DNA of 64,000 bases from an uncultured Candidatus Saccharibacteria bacterium (GTDB taxonomy: Bacteria > Patescibacteriota > Minisyncoccia > Phycocordibacterales > CAIRYW01): the NCBI GenBank assembly GCA_964446625.1, contig CAYUPH010000003.1:64192-128191 (forward strand), read 5' to 3'. The first letter of the stretch is position 1. The number at the start of each line of letters is the position of its first letter. Below the pieces are notes generated by a model that did not search any database, was not told where the DNA came from, and worked only from the letters and a program-made list of their open reading frames with translations. The position numbers and the translations under genes were made by a program. Of the stretch, positions 18,644-28,628 are shown in pieces.

Positions 18644-19345
18644 TTATGGCTTTATTATACTTCCAACAAAATTTTTACCGTTTATAAAAGCGTCTGCTTC
18701 TTCAAGTTTGTTTCCGTTTATTATTGCAACCTGAAGTCCAAGTACTTCTGCTTCTTTGCTTGCAATTGGATCAAATGGGCTCGATAGTCCTGGATCCCAT
18801 TTTTTTGGAATTAGCTTCCTGAACTCCTTCCAGTTTATTTCTTCGATTCTTTTTGCATCTTTAAATTCCCGCGGGTCTTTGTCGAAAATATAATCTATGT
18901 TTGTGAGGTTTATGAGTTTCTTTGCTTTAAAGCGCTTTGCAAGGCACACCGAAACAAAATCTGTTGACCATCCTGGTTTCCAGCCAGCACCAATTAAAAT
19001 AGGTTTTGTAAAAGAAACTTTTTTGTCGAAAGGATCATGAATGATTACCTCCTCAACTTTCGGCAAGAAAATAGCCTTAACGAGCTGGGCATTAAGTCTT
19101 GTTGAGTGAATTCCAAGCCAATCGACATCTTGTGGTCTAAGCTTTGTTACTTCGAGGGCTGCGTGTTGGTATTTTCGGCAAATCTTTCCTCCTCCACAGA
19201 CAATCACAAATCGCTTCCCTTTTTTTACGCCATTTAGGACAAAGTCTTTTAGGTGAGATAGAAAACTAGTATTGATTTCTTCTGGGAAAATCATTGATCC
19301 TCCAACCGATATAATCACTACTTCTTTGTTTTCTTTTTTTGTCAT
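18644..19345 (-). CDS. pyrH: UMP kinase (archaeal-type)
   Basis: ISVGGSM, VCGGGKICRKY, TRLNA, PGWSTD, DKDP, PFDPIA; start ATG 19345. Confidence 0.9.
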   Translation of the reverse strand: MTKKENKEVVIISVGGSMIFPEEINTSFLSHLKDFVLNGVKKGKRFVIVCGGGKICRKYQHAALEVTKLRPQDVDWLGIHSTRLNAQLVKAIFLPKVEEVIIHDPFDKKVSFTKPILIGAGWKPGWSTDFVSVCLAKRFKAKKLINLTNIDYIFDKDPREFKDAKRIEEINWKEFRKLIPKKWDPGLSSPFDPIASKEAEVLGLQVAIINGNKLEEADAFINGKNFVGSIIKP

Positions 19346-19399
19346 GTTAAGGAGTATTCTAACAGAACAAGCCTCTTTTTTCAAACTTGTTCTCCCCTA

Positions 19400-19936
19400 C
19401 TATTTTCTCAGGACCACGAGCTTTCCGCTCTTTAGGGCAACAATCCGTGAGGCCTTTTTTGAGACCCTTCCACCAAGGTAAAAGTCTACTTTTTCTCCAA
19501 AGTAACTCCGAGCTTCTCCAATTGTTCGCGCGGGTTCAAGTCCTTCAGGGTTTGCGCTCGGTGCAATGAGTGGGCCTGTCTTCTTTAGAAGCCTTAGGAG
19601 TCCTTTTCTTTGCGGGATTCGGAAACCCAGAGTATTCTTTCCTCGATGCAGGTACCGAAACTTTTTTTGAACTCTTGGCATAAGCGGAAGAACAACAGTT
19701 GTTTTTTTTCGAAGAAAAATGCTTTTGTCTTTTGGTAATTCTGCACCGAAGGACACAATGTCCCCTACACTTGAAACCAGAACAAGAACTGGCTTCTCTG
19801 GGTTTCTTTTTTTTAAACCAAAAACCTCTTCTACTCCTTTTACACTTCCTGCGCTTGCAACAATACCGTATATAGTGTCTGTTGGTATGACAGCGACACC
19901 ACCTGCCTTTAAAATCTCTTCAAGGTTATGCTTCAC
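19400..19936 (-). CDS. tsaC: L-threonylcarbamoyladenylate synthase (TsaC/YrdC domain)
   Basis: PTDTIYG, KKRNPEKP, FRIP, APSAN. Confidence 0.9.
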   Translation of the reverse strand: MKHNLEEILKAGGVAVIPTDTIYGIVASAGSVKGVEEVFGLKKRNPEKPVLVLVSSVGDIVSFGAELPKDKSIFLRKKTTVVLPLMPRVQKKFRYLHRGKNTLGFRIPQRKGLLRLLKKTGPLIAPSANPEGLEPARTIGEARSYFGEKVDFYLGGRVSKKASRIVALKSGKLVVLRK

Positions 19937-21599
19937 AGCTAATGCAAACTTTCTTTCGATTTAGCTCTTGCGCCGCGTTCATGCTGTGCTGGTAGTAAAG
20001 AGTTTTCACACCCTGTTTCCAAGCGTCAATATAAAGCGCGTTAATCTCCTTTGCAGTTGTTGTCTTTGGATTGATCATAAGGTTAAGTGACTGGCTTTGA
20101 TCAATATAGAGCTGACGAGCTGCTGCTTGGTCAACCACTGCGTACTGGTCAATTTCGGCAAATGTTTTAAACACTTCTTTTTCTTCTGGAGTTAAAATAT
20201 CGAGGTGTTGAACTGATCCGTTCATGTCACGAATTGACTGCCAAACTTCTTTTGTGTTTTGTCCTTTACTTTCGAGAAGTTTTTCAAGAAACGGATTCTT
20301 GATTGTTACTTTCATTTTCTCAATATCTTTTACATAACAGTTTGACCACACAGGCTCTACTCCTTGTGATACCTGCCCGAGAATGAAAGCTGACGAAGTG
20401 TTCGGAGCAACTGCCATAGTTGTTGTGTTTCGCATGCCGTAACCCTTTAGAATTTCTGGCTCTCCAAAAAGCTCAGCCATTTCCTTTGAAGCTTTGTAAG
20501 TCTTTTGCTGAATTTCCTTGAAAAGTTTTACATTGAGAATCATTGCTTCTTGGCTATCAAAAGAAAGCATTTTGCTCTGTAGGAGTGAGTGCCATCCTAG
20601 AACTCCAAGTCCAAGTGCTCGGTTTTCTTTTGCAAAACGATACGCCTTTTCCATAAAAAGGAATTCCTGTCTTTTATCTTTTGCTTCGTGGTCTCGCCTC
20701 CACTCTAGTTTTTCTATAAACTCTGTCATAACTGCGTCGAGGAAGTAAGTCAAAGTCTCTACTGCATCGGTGTCTTTCCATTCGTCGTAGAAAAGAGCGT
20801 TTATTGATGAAAGACAGCACACAAATGACCAATCTTCGTTTGAAGGAAGTGCAATTTCGCTACAAAGGTTACTTGCGTACACCTTAAGGTCTTTGTCTTT
20901 GTATACTTTTACAGTGTTGTTGTTTACATTGTCAGTAAACATGATGTATGGGTATCCAATTTCTGTTCGTCTTTTAATTATTTTTGCCCATATATTTCTT
21001 TTCTTCTCATCACCAGCAATCATTTCTTCCATCCACTTATTTGTCACTGTAACAGCATTGTTAAGTCCTTGGATTTTGTTTCCTTCTGTTCCAATATCCA
21101 AAAACTCTTCTATGTCTGGGTGTTCAACTGGCATATACGCTGCAAGGTGTCCGCGTCTTGTTGAACCTTGAGACACAACATCAGTCATAACATCAAAAAG
21201 TTGCATAAAGTGTACTGGGCCAGAAGAGTATCCGTTGTTGGTAATCTCTGCTCCACGAGGTCGAAGCGCTCCAAAGTACGCAGATGTTCCTCCTCCCATT
21301 TTACTCATCATTCCAACCTCTGCGTTTGTAAACAAAATATCTCCCATTGTGTCGCCGAGGTACGAGCCAAAGCAACTAATTGGAAGACCTTTTTTTACTC
21401 CAAAGTTTACCCAAACAGGTGTCGAGAGTGAGTAGTATCCTTTTTCCATGTAGCCATAGAACTTGTCGGCGTAGCCTTTGATTCCAAGAATTTTTTCGGC
21501 GTGATCAGCGATAAATCGAATCCTCTGTTCAGGAGTTGAACCATCGTTAATATAATCCTTTGCTAAAAATTTTCTGCTGTTTTCGTTGAGCCAGTGCAT
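19926..21599 (-). CDS. nrdA: Ribonucleoside-diphosphate reductase alpha (no ATP cone)
   Basis: PISCFG, SQGSTRRG, SNLCSEI, APNTSS, KTLYY, C-terminal CISCEA. Confidence 0.95.
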   Translation of the reverse strand: MHWLNENSRKFLAKDYINDGSTPEQRIRFIADHAEKILGIKGYADKFYGYMEKGYYSLSTPVWVNFGVKKGLPISCFGSYLGDTMGDILFTNAEVGMMSKMGGGTSAYFGALRPRGAEITNNGYSSGPVHFMQLFDVMTDVVSQGSTRRGHLAAYMPVEHPDIEEFLDIGTEGNKIQGLNNAVTVTNKWMEEMIAGDEKKRNIWAKIIKRRTEIGYPYIMFTDNVNNNTVKVYKDKDLKVYASNLCSEIALPSNEDWSFVCCLSSINALFYDEWKDTDAVETLTYFLDAVMTEFIEKLEWRRDHEAKDKRQEFLFMEKAYRFAKENRALGLGVLGWHSLLQSKMLSFDSQEAMILNVKLFKEIQQKTYKASKEMAELFGEPEILKGYGMRNTTTMAVAPNTSSAFILGQVSQGVEPVWSNCYVKDIEKMKVTIKNPFLEKLLESKGQNTKEVWQSIRDMNGSVQHLDILTPEEKEVFKTFAEIDQYAVVDQAAARQLYIDQSQSLNLMINPKTTTAKEINALYIDAWKQGVKTLYYQHSMNAAQELNRKKVCISCEA

Positions 21600-21651
21600 A
21601 ATGATTTTCTAGTTGTTCTGTTAGTTTAATAATTTCCCTTCCCTATTCTCT

Positions 21652-22920
21652 TTAAAACAAATCGTCTCCAGTGATACTTTCAACTCTTTTGTTGTAATTG
21701 ACAGATCGTTTTACAAAGAAGTCGAGGTGCTTTGTTGTCATGATTTCGTCGTTAAACCATTCAGTCTCCTCGAGAAGTTTCTCGTCAATTGTAAAGAGTT
21801 TCTTGAATCCAATTGCTGAAAGTGAGTTATTGAATCGGTTTTTGATGAACTCAAGAACTGTAGCTTTTGAAAGGAACGGAATCTCTCCTTTTTCAAAAAT
21901 CCAATCTACAATTGCCTGCTCTGCTGCAAATGCCTCGTTGCATAAATCGTACACAGACTGCTCGTACTCTTCTGTAAACCACTCTGGGTGTTCTGTTTTA
22001 ATAATTTTAAGAAGGTCGATACCAAAGAGTCCGTGAATTTGCTCTTCTTTTGAAGTCGCTTCAATAACATTCGACATTCCTCGGAAGAGTCCTTTGAACT
22101 TGTTGAAGGACATGATGATGAGGAATTGTGAAAACAGCGACACATGTTCAATAAACAAAGAAAAAAGAAGAAGTGTTCGAGAATAATCTTTGTGATGATC
22201 AGAATGTGCGTTTGCAATCGCCTTTTCAATATAGTTGATTCGGCTAATGATTGCAGGAACCTCTTTGATTTTTTCGAATTCAGCATTTAGTCCAAGGATT
22301 TCAAGAAGGTGCGCGTAGGCGTCTTGGTGACGCACTTCACTTTCTGCAAAAGTTGCTCCCACAGCACCAACTTCTGGCTTTGGAATTTTTTTGTAAATGT
22401 CTCCCCAAAAAGTTTTTACAGACACTTCTACTTGAGCAATTGCGAGCATTGCATTTTTGAGAGCGTTTTTCTCTGCTTCGCTTGTGTTGACGAGGTAATC
22501 GTGAATATCAGAAGTAAAATTAAACTCAGTGTGTAGCCAATATGAGTGACGAATTCCGTCTACATACTCCAGGAGCTCTGGGTACTCATAAGGCTTTAGT
22601 GCTAGTCGCTTCTTAAAGATGTCTCGCTTTCGAAGTTCTGCCTGTTTCTGTCTGTAGAGGATATACGCCTTTGCAGTCGCGTGTAGTCCTGAGTCCATGA
22701 GCGCAAATTCTACTTGATCCTGAACACCTTCAACTGTTGGTGTACTGTCTCCAAACTTTTCTTCAAGATTTTTGATGGCAAGGTCTGTAATTTCAGAAAT
22801 TTTTTGCTTTGAAGCTTCTTCTCCAGTTGCAACGCACGCTTTTCTAATAGCTTCTTCGATTCGAACTCGGTCGAATTCGACAATCGAACCATTTCTTTTT
22901 ATTACAAGTTGTATTGCCAT
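21652..22920 (-). CDS. nrdB: Ribonucleotide reductase beta with N-terminal ATP cone (class Id-like)
   Basis: VIKRNG..FD..RI..AI..VEGVQDQVE (ATP cone); QVEVSVKTFW, ESEVRHQDAY, IEHVSLFSQF, KEEQIHG, DFF. Confidence 0.93.
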   Translation of the reverse strand: MAIQLVIKRNGSIVEFDRVRIEEAIRKACVATGEEASKQKISEITDLAIKNLEEKFGDSTPTVEGVQDQVEFALMDSGLHATAKAYILYRQKQAELRKRDIFKKRLALKPYEYPELLEYVDGIRHSYWLHTEFNFTSDIHDYLVNTSEAEKNALKNAMLAIAQVEVSVKTFWGDIYKKIPKPEVGAVGATFAESEVRHQDAYAHLLEILGLNAEFEKIKEVPAIISRINYIEKAIANAHSDHHKDYSRTLLLFSLFIEHVSLFSQFLIIMSFNKFKGLFRGMSNVIEATSKEEQIHGLFGIDLLKIIKTEHPEWFTEEYEQSVYDLCNEAFAAEQAIVDWIFEKGEIPFLSKATVLEFIKNRFNNSLSAIGFKKLFTIDEKLLEETEWFNDEIMTTKHLDFFVKRSVNYNKRVESITGDDLF

Positions 22921-23062
22921 AAATTGTTTGGATTATCTCTTATAATTTTTTCTTTAAGTTTCTAGCCAATATATTTTACATTAAAATGACTGAGTCTTAA
23001 AGAGTGGAAAACTATAAAATTCGCCATCAAGACACAGAGAATATCTTAATGCAATACCGAAG

Positions 23063-24430
23063 CTACTCCGGGTCAAAAATAGAAGGCGAAAATAGCTCTC
23101 CTGCAAGAAGTTTTGCAACTTTCCACCCACCATAAATTGATGGCATGAGTCCAACACCGTTACACCCAAGGTTATAAAAGAGATTATGATCTTCTTTTTC
23201 CGGACCAATGAGTCGAATACGGTTTTTTGTGTAGCCCATGAGTCCGTGCCAGCTAAAAGTGTGCTCTATTTTTTTGTTCGGGTGCAGTTTGTAGGTTTTT
23301 TTCACAAAGCTGTCTATCTCGCCAATGATTTCGTGTGTAAGGAGTGCTTTTTTGTCATACAAATGTTTCTGTTCAACAAAATTCCCGGGGCCTCCAACAG
23401 AAATAAGGTTGTGCTCCACTCCCTTTTCGTATTCATATTGCCTTCGAGTCAGATAAAAGTAGTTTAATTCGTCGCTCGCAAGCCCAGTATCTGGGTTTTG
23501 AATGTAACTTATCGCAATCGGCGGTTTATTCATCTTTTCAAGGTAAGCAGACATGTAGCCAATATATCCTTCGAGGTTCTCGTGGAATTTTCTGTTAATA
23601 GAAAGTCCGCCTTTTGCAAATATTTCAATATGCTCGAAGCCGTTCGTACAAAGAACAACATCGATTGCAGTGATTGTGTGGGTTATGGCGTCCAAAATCC
23701 CATAGTTTTCTTCCATTACTATTTTTTTAATCGGTGTTTTCTCAAAAAGTGTAAATCTCTCCGGATATTTTCGAGACAAATAGTCTGCAATTTCATTACA
23801 AATGAGCGCACTGTTCGCACACCCCTTCTGTGAAGACAAAAGCGCAACATAGCTGTCGTCAGTTGTTTCAAGACACTCCATAATTTTTTCGCGAGCTGTA
23901 AGTTCATAAAGTCCCGCGTACTTTTCAGGAATTTCGCGAAGGAATTTTGCATCGTCTGCAATTTGTAATCTTTCAAAGTTGATTTCACCTTCCTTTCGAC
24001 AACGATTATTTTCAAGACACTCCAGAACATGCTGATACCCAGTAAGTCCTGTGTAGCCAGTAAAGCGAGCAACAGGAATATTTAGTCCAGCTTCTGTGTA
24101 CATAAGGTCAAAAAGAGCCCATGTTTCCTCAATGGCTTTTTGACCTTCGGTTGCCATTTTTACTCCGAACATTTCAGCAATTTCGTAGAGTTGCTTTTCA
24201 AAATACGTCACCATGTGTCCCCCGTTGTGCCCTGAAGCCCCATGCGCAACACGGTCTGCGTCTACAAGAACAACATTTTTGTCTGTCTCTCGTAGTATAA
24301 AAAAGGCAGTTGAGATACCTGCAATACCAGCTCCCACGATGACAACATCAGTACTTACATCTTCTGTAAGTTTTTTTGCTTCTCTTTGAATGTTAAGCTG
24401 ATGTATCCAAGGGGAACGATTTTCGTGCAT
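23063..24430 (-). CDS. FAD-dependent oxidoreductase (DadA/PuuB-like)
   Basis: VVIVGAGIAG, GASGHNGG, VLCTNGF, WHGLMGYT, GCNGVG. Confidence 0.85.
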   Translation of the reverse strand: MHENRSPWIHQLNIQREAKKLTEDVSTDVVIVGAGIAGISTAFFILRETDKNVVLVDADRVAHGASGHNGGHMVTYFEKQLYEIAEMFGVKMATEGQKAIEETWALFDLMYTEAGLNIPVARFTGYTGLTGYQHVLECLENNRCRKEGEINFERLQIADDAKFLREIPEKYAGLYELTAREKIMECLETTDDSYVALLSSQKGCANSALICNEIADYLSRKYPERFTLFEKTPIKKIVMEENYGILDAITHTITAIDVVLCTNGFEHIEIFAKGGLSINRKFHENLEGYIGYMSAYLEKMNKPPIAISYIQNPDTGLASDELNYFYLTRRQYEYEKGVEHNLISVGGPGNFVEQKHLYDKKALLTHEIIGEIDSFVKKTYKLHPNKKIEHTFSWHGLMGYTKNRIRLIGPEKEDHNLFYNLGCNGVGLMPSIYGGWKVAKLLAGELFSPSIFDPE

Positions 24431-24478
24431 ATCATAAATTATATCATAAGAAATTTTGGCATTAAAAAAAGCAGCTGG

Positions 24479-24931
24479 TTAGGCTGCTGCGAGGAGCGGA
24501 GGTGGTTTGGAACCTCTGCTGTAGTCCATAAAGACCCGAATCCCTCTCTGCGCAAGTAGATGCAGGATACTCTCGGCGAGCTCAGGGACAGAAAATAGTG
24601 TAGACGGCCGATGAATAGTAACTGTCATCGATCCAGTTTTCCCTGTTTCGTAAACCGCATCTATCCACAGAAGCAGTTCGTCACACTTCCCCTTAACTAC
24701 TTGCAGGGGCTCCAACGGGTTGCGAGAAGACCTGTTTCCTAAGCCGGTCTCATTTATAATGATTCCGGTTGCGCTCCTAAGGTCCCTTCTTGCGAAAACA
24801 ACAGGAACATACAAATAGACTTGCTTTCCTGTGATTTGCTTATTCGGGAATTCTTCCGGCTCACAAAGACCCGAAAGTCTCACAAGGGTTTCGCGAGCTA
24901 AAAGCTCGATGGCTGTTGCTTGTTTCTTCAT
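24479..24931 (-). CDS. Hypothetical protein (orphan)
   Basis: 150 aa; TTTACT-17-TATTAT promoter 8 nt before the ATG. Confidence 0.65.
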   Translation of the reverse strand: MKKQATAIELLARETLVRLSGLCEPEEFPNKQITGKQVYLYVPVVFARRDLRSATGIIINETGLGNRSSRNPLEPLQVVKGKCDELLLWIDAVYETGKTGSMTVTIHRPSTLFSVPELAESILHLLAQRGIRVFMDYSRGSKPPPLLAAA

Positions 24932-24973
24932 CTACCAAAATAATACAACATTTAGTATAAAAAGTAAACAAAT

Positions 24974-25000
24974 AAAAAAACTCCTAGGAAACCCTAGGAG
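24974..25000 (-). terminator. Intrinsic terminator
   Basis: ctcctagg/cctaggag stem plus U7 on the minus strand. Confidence 0.7.
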
Positions 25001-25010
25001 CCTAATTGTG

Positions 25011-25439
25011 TTATTTGCCCCAAAGCAGATTTGCTAGCTTCGGAGTAGGAACTAGAATGATATCCTCCTCTCCTTCCTGCCCTATCATTTGCATCTCCAC
25101 GAAGCCCTCTAGGACCAGCCTCATGAAGCCGTGTGAAAGAGCAAGAAAGTCATCAATCCCCAATTCCACAAGCGGGATAGCTGCATGATGGTCAACTTCT
25201 TTTCCGAGCGCACCTTCCCTCCACTGGAGCTCCAGGTGTCTCAAGAAAGTTGTCACAAGAATCCCTACCCACCTTCCCTTGTCACAGGAGAAGTGAACTA
25301 GCTCTTCTGCTATGTAACATGCCTCCTCTGATAGTGTGGCGTGTGGACGAGGAATCTTGCGTCCAGCAAGTTTTTTGGGCTTGCAAGGCATTTTTGACAG
25401 CACTTGGCAAAAGCCGTCAGCAATTAAAGGATTTGCCAT
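25011..25439 (-). CDS. Hypothetical protein, paralog of 25507-25869
   Basis: Shared motifs FC..MPCxP, WVG, LxxEGxVE, PTxKL. Confidence 0.7.
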   Translation of the reverse strand: MANPLIADGFCQVLSKMPCKPKKLAGRKIPRPHATLSEEACYIAEELVHFSCDKGRWVGILVTTFLRHLELQWREGALGKEVDHHAAIPLVELGIDDFLALSHGFMRLVLEGFVEMQMIGQEGEEDIILVPTPKLANLLWGK

Positions 25440-25506
25440 AAAGAACAGGCGCTATTTTACAATATTTTTGCGAGATTTCAATAAAAAATCCCCAGGCGTT
25501 GGGGAG

Positions 25507-25869
25507 TTATGTGAGAGCTGCTTGCTGAAGTAGAGTCCCCACAAGTTTGGCAGTGGGAAAGTAGAAGACTCTACCCTCAAGGAATGATAGTTCTACCCAC
25601 CCTTCCCTTGTAAGTGTAATCAGTTGAAGTTCAACGATGACACCTTCGGCTTGACTTCGTGAATCTTTGAAGAGATGTTCTGCTGAAACTCCTACCCAGA
25701 ACCCCTGAGCCCCGGAGTTGGATAGTAGTCGAACTACTGCTACAACTCCAGGTATTGCACAGGCAAGGATAGTTCTCTCCAAATCTTTGCCGAGGATGTC
25801 TTGAGGGGTGCAGGGCATTTCTTCTGCAACAGTGCAGAAGTCTCCGCCCAGATAGGAATGATTTGTCAT
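25507..25869 (-). CDS. Hypothetical protein, paralog of 25011-25439
   Basis: Start ATG 25869 (MTNHSYLGGDFC); same motifs and a similar promoter. Confidence 0.7.
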   Translation of the reverse strand: MTNHSYLGGDFCTVAEEMPCTPQDILGKDLERTILACAIPGVVAVVRLLSNSGAQGFWVGVSAEHLFKDSRSQAEGVIVELQLITLTREGWVELSFLEGRVFYFPTAKLVGTLLQQAALT

Positions 25870-25911
25870 AAAGAGCGTTTGAACTCTACAACACTTTTGA
25901 GAGGATTTCAA

Positions 25912-26238
25912 TTACTCGTCTCTGTTTTCTCTTTCCTCCATTTCTCGGTAGCAAATTTCTTTATAGCCAGTGTTGCATATGTCGAGTATTTCGCTCTCAG
26001 AAAATCCGGAGATTTTATAAGCTGACTCATTATTTTCATCCATAAGTGCAACCGTGTATGTTCCATCTTCTTCCCTTTTTAAACCATAGAGGCTCACCCA
26101 CCCAATACCAATTCCCTCTTTGATTTCAGGTACTGTTTTTAAATCTGGTGGAGTTTCATCAAAAGTGCCTCTAGGAAAAAAGTAAGTTTCTAGTAGTTCT
26201 TCTATTTTACTTCGGTGTTCAGGTTCTTTTTCGCTCAT
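25912..26238 (-). CDS. Acidic hypothetical protein
   Basis: 108-aa ORF; -10-like TACTAT 6 nt upstream. Confidence 0.65.
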   Translation of the reverse strand: MSEKEPEHRSKIEELLETYFFPRGTFDETPPDLKTVPEIKEGIGIGWVSLYGLKREEDGTYTVALMDENNESAYKISGFSESEILDICNTGYKEICYREMEERENRDE

Positions 26239-26267
26239 GTTTGTATAGTAGCATGAAAGTTTTAGCT

Positions 26268-26302
26268 AAAACAAAAGCCGCCTTGTGACGGGCTTTTGTT
26301 TT
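26268..26302. repeat. Terminator-like hairpin duplicated at 30050-30088
   Basis: aaaacaaaagccgccttgtg is identical at 26268-26287 and 30050-30069. Confidence 0.7.
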
Positions 26303-26342
26303 CTATAAAAGGAAACTGTGGTGAAAATTTAGGACAAATAAA

Positions 26343-26561
26343 CTAATCGACACCTAAACTTTTTTTAACTCTCGCAATCTCTTCTGCGTTTGTTTCTCCT
26401 AATTCTTCTAGTCTCCTTCTATCTTTTTCTAAATCTTCTTCATCACCTGGTGAAAGTTCTTCTCCATAAACCCTTGGAGCATCGGTAGTAGCTATTCTTT
26501 TTATTAAAATCTCTACTTCGCCCCAAGACCTATCTGGCTTATTAAAATAAGCTGCTGGATT
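26343..26561 (-). pseudogene. 5'-truncated gene remnant
   Basis: 72 open codons with no ATG (NPAAYFNKPDRSWGEVEILIK...EEIARVKKSLGVD*) abutting the AT-rich island. Confidence 0.5.
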
Positions 26562-26738
26562 TTATTATAGAGTCTCCAGACAATGTCTACTATTAGGACT
26601 TCTTTGATCCAATGCAGAAATATATATTTCTTACGTTGTGTTGATGAATGGATACAAAAAATAGTATTGTCGAATTTTATATTTAGATATGGTTTAACTT
26701 AATATAATACGGTAAGTTAATGAATACAGTACCTGATA

Positions 26739-28622
26739 TTAAGATTGCCATTTATCCAAGAGATTAATAGTTTGACTTACGGGCTGATTTTTTCTATTTG
26801 AAATTTTACCAACTTTCATTACAACTGGGATTTGAGCAAGCAAGCCAGCAAGAATACATGTACCAGTTGCTAGGTTTGGAATTGAATCAGCAGATACCTT
26901 ATCCAAATAGGCAATTGTTTTTTCAACAGCCAATAAATCATTATTATTAATAAGTCTGTGTAGAAAATAATTATGAAGTTGTGAAATGATTGTCGGAGAT
27001 ATATCTGAAGGTCTTTGACTTGAAATAGTAAGGAATGTACCGAACTTTCTTCCTTCTTTAATAATCTCCTCAAATGTTTCCAATCTGTAATCTTTCCATT
27101 GCTCACTCTCACGTTGAGAACTACCAGATAGTATATTGTGAGCTTCATCAATAATTATATGTAGCGAATTTTCCTTATTATTACTAGATTTTTTAGTATC
27201 ATAAAGCTCCTTACAAATAAGTAGAGGTAGCATTTTTCTAATATCCAAGTTTACATCCTTTAGGGATATAATAGTAAGATTTTTAACAAACCTTTCTCTT
27301 CCTTGCACTGAAATAACCTTTTCCAAATCAAGAACCCTTTTTTCCATTCGCTTGATTAATGGAGAAAGATGTTCACGGTTTGAAAAACCTCTAATCATTT
27401 CATCATAATATTTTATAATAATTCTGACTCCAATTTTCTTAATACCCGATAATAATGAAACATCAATAGTTTCAATTGAATTAATGGTGTCTTCGATTTT
27501 TACAGCAAATGTTGGCGAATCACTATAGATTTTATCTGATAGGCCAGACTTTAGGTAAAAACTAATATTCTCATTGCCACCAAATAAATTCCCTTTAAAA
27601 TAATCTCCGGCTAATTTAAGGTCATTATTATCCAAAAAAGAAGCTAATTCATAAAGTAAATCTACAGTTAGTGACCTATCAATATTTTTTCCACTAATTG
27701 AAGTCGCAGCTTTTATTTTCTCTATAATCAACCCTTTAAATGATTCATCAGTATTTATTCTAGATTCTATGTAATAATCTTTTATTGCCCTATTTATAAA
27801 TGGAATCTGAGTCTTTTCTGTAGCTTCAAGAAAGATTGACCAGAAACTTACATCTTTTAAGGTCTCCTTTTTTATAGGAAACCTATCATCTCCCTCATCT
27901 GTGCTAGTTGAAAGTTTATATACATTTTTATATTTTTTTTCAATTATCACATCATCGTCAGCATATTCGCCATTAAAATCAATCATAAAAAACTTTGCTT
28001 TTGACTTAAAACTGGCATTGTCTTTAAATTTCTTAAACAATTCTCTAAATAATTTTGCCAATGTGTATGATTTTCCACTTCCTGTGTTTCCAAAAATTCC
28101 GATATGACTAGCAAATAAACTATTAATACCTAAATCAATTCTCTGCCCATCATCGTAAGCTAATGTACCAACCTCGATTCTCTCATCTCCTTTTTGTATA
28201 AAATTGTGGATTTCTTCAAACTCCTCCTTGCGTAATAAAAAACACTTATTATCAATAAGGGGTAATTCCTTAATACCTCTGTAAAATGAACCGTCCTCAA
28301 TAAAGCCGAGTATTTTGACGTTTAAAATTCTATTTATCTTTTCTTTATTACTCTTATAACTTGTTTTAAGATAGTCCCTATCTTCAGTGATTGACTCTCC
28401 TTCAATTTTTCCAACCATCTCTAAAAAACCTTTTTTTATTTTAATGTATCCACCCACAAAAATATTTTGGATTATGTCTCCTTTATATAAAACTGAAGAA
28501 GTATTTTTTCCCTTATCAACTTTAATTTTAATTGATTGCCCCTCAACAGCAAAAACTACCCCAATTCTAAATATTGAATTATCAACAATATGTGTTCCGG
28601 TATTATTTTCCAGTATTTTCAT
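26739..28622 (-). CDS. HerA/DUF87-family ATPase (defence-associated)
   Basis: N-terminal HAS-barrel-like region, HIGIFGNTGSGKS, IDFNGEY, IIIDEAH, EGRKFG, SQRPSDI. Confidence 0.92.
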   Translation of the reverse strand: MKILENNTGTHIVDNSIFRIGVVFAVEGQSIKIKVDKGKNTSSVLYKGDIIQNIFVGGYIKIKKGFLEMVGKIEGESITEDRDYLKTSYKSNKEKINRILNVKILGFIEDGSFYRGIKELPLIDNKCFLLRKEEFEEIHNFIQKGDERIEVGTLAYDDGQRIDLGINSLFASHIGIFGNTGSGKSYTLAKLFRELFKKFKDNASFKSKAKFFMIDFNGEYADDDVIIEKKYKNVYKLSTSTDEGDDRFPIKKETLKDVSFWSIFLEATEKTQIPFINRAIKDYYIESRINTDESFKGLIIEKIKAATSISGKNIDRSLTVDLLYELASFLDNNDLKLAGDYFKGNLFGGNENISFYLKSGLSDKIYSDSPTFAVKIEDTINSIETIDVSLLSGIKKIGVRIIIKYYDEMIRGFSNREHLSPLIKRMEKRVLDLEKVISVQGRERFVKNLTIISLKDVNLDIRKMLPLLICKELYDTKKSSNNKENSLHIIIDEAHNILSGSSQRESEQWKDYRLETFEEIIKEGRKFGTFLTISSQRPSDISPTIISQLHNYFLHRLINNNDLLAVEKTIAYLDKVSADSIPNLATGTCILAGLLAQIPVVMKVGKISNRKNQPVSQTINLLDKWQS

Positions 28623-28628
28623 TTATGT

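Noticed and set aside
22921-23060. NrdR boxes upstream of nrdB
   Set aside because: Only weak partial matches in AT-rich DNA.
26692-26720. dif/pdif site at the islet edge
   Set aside because: A XerD-like half is present but there is no XerC-like half at 6-bp spacing.
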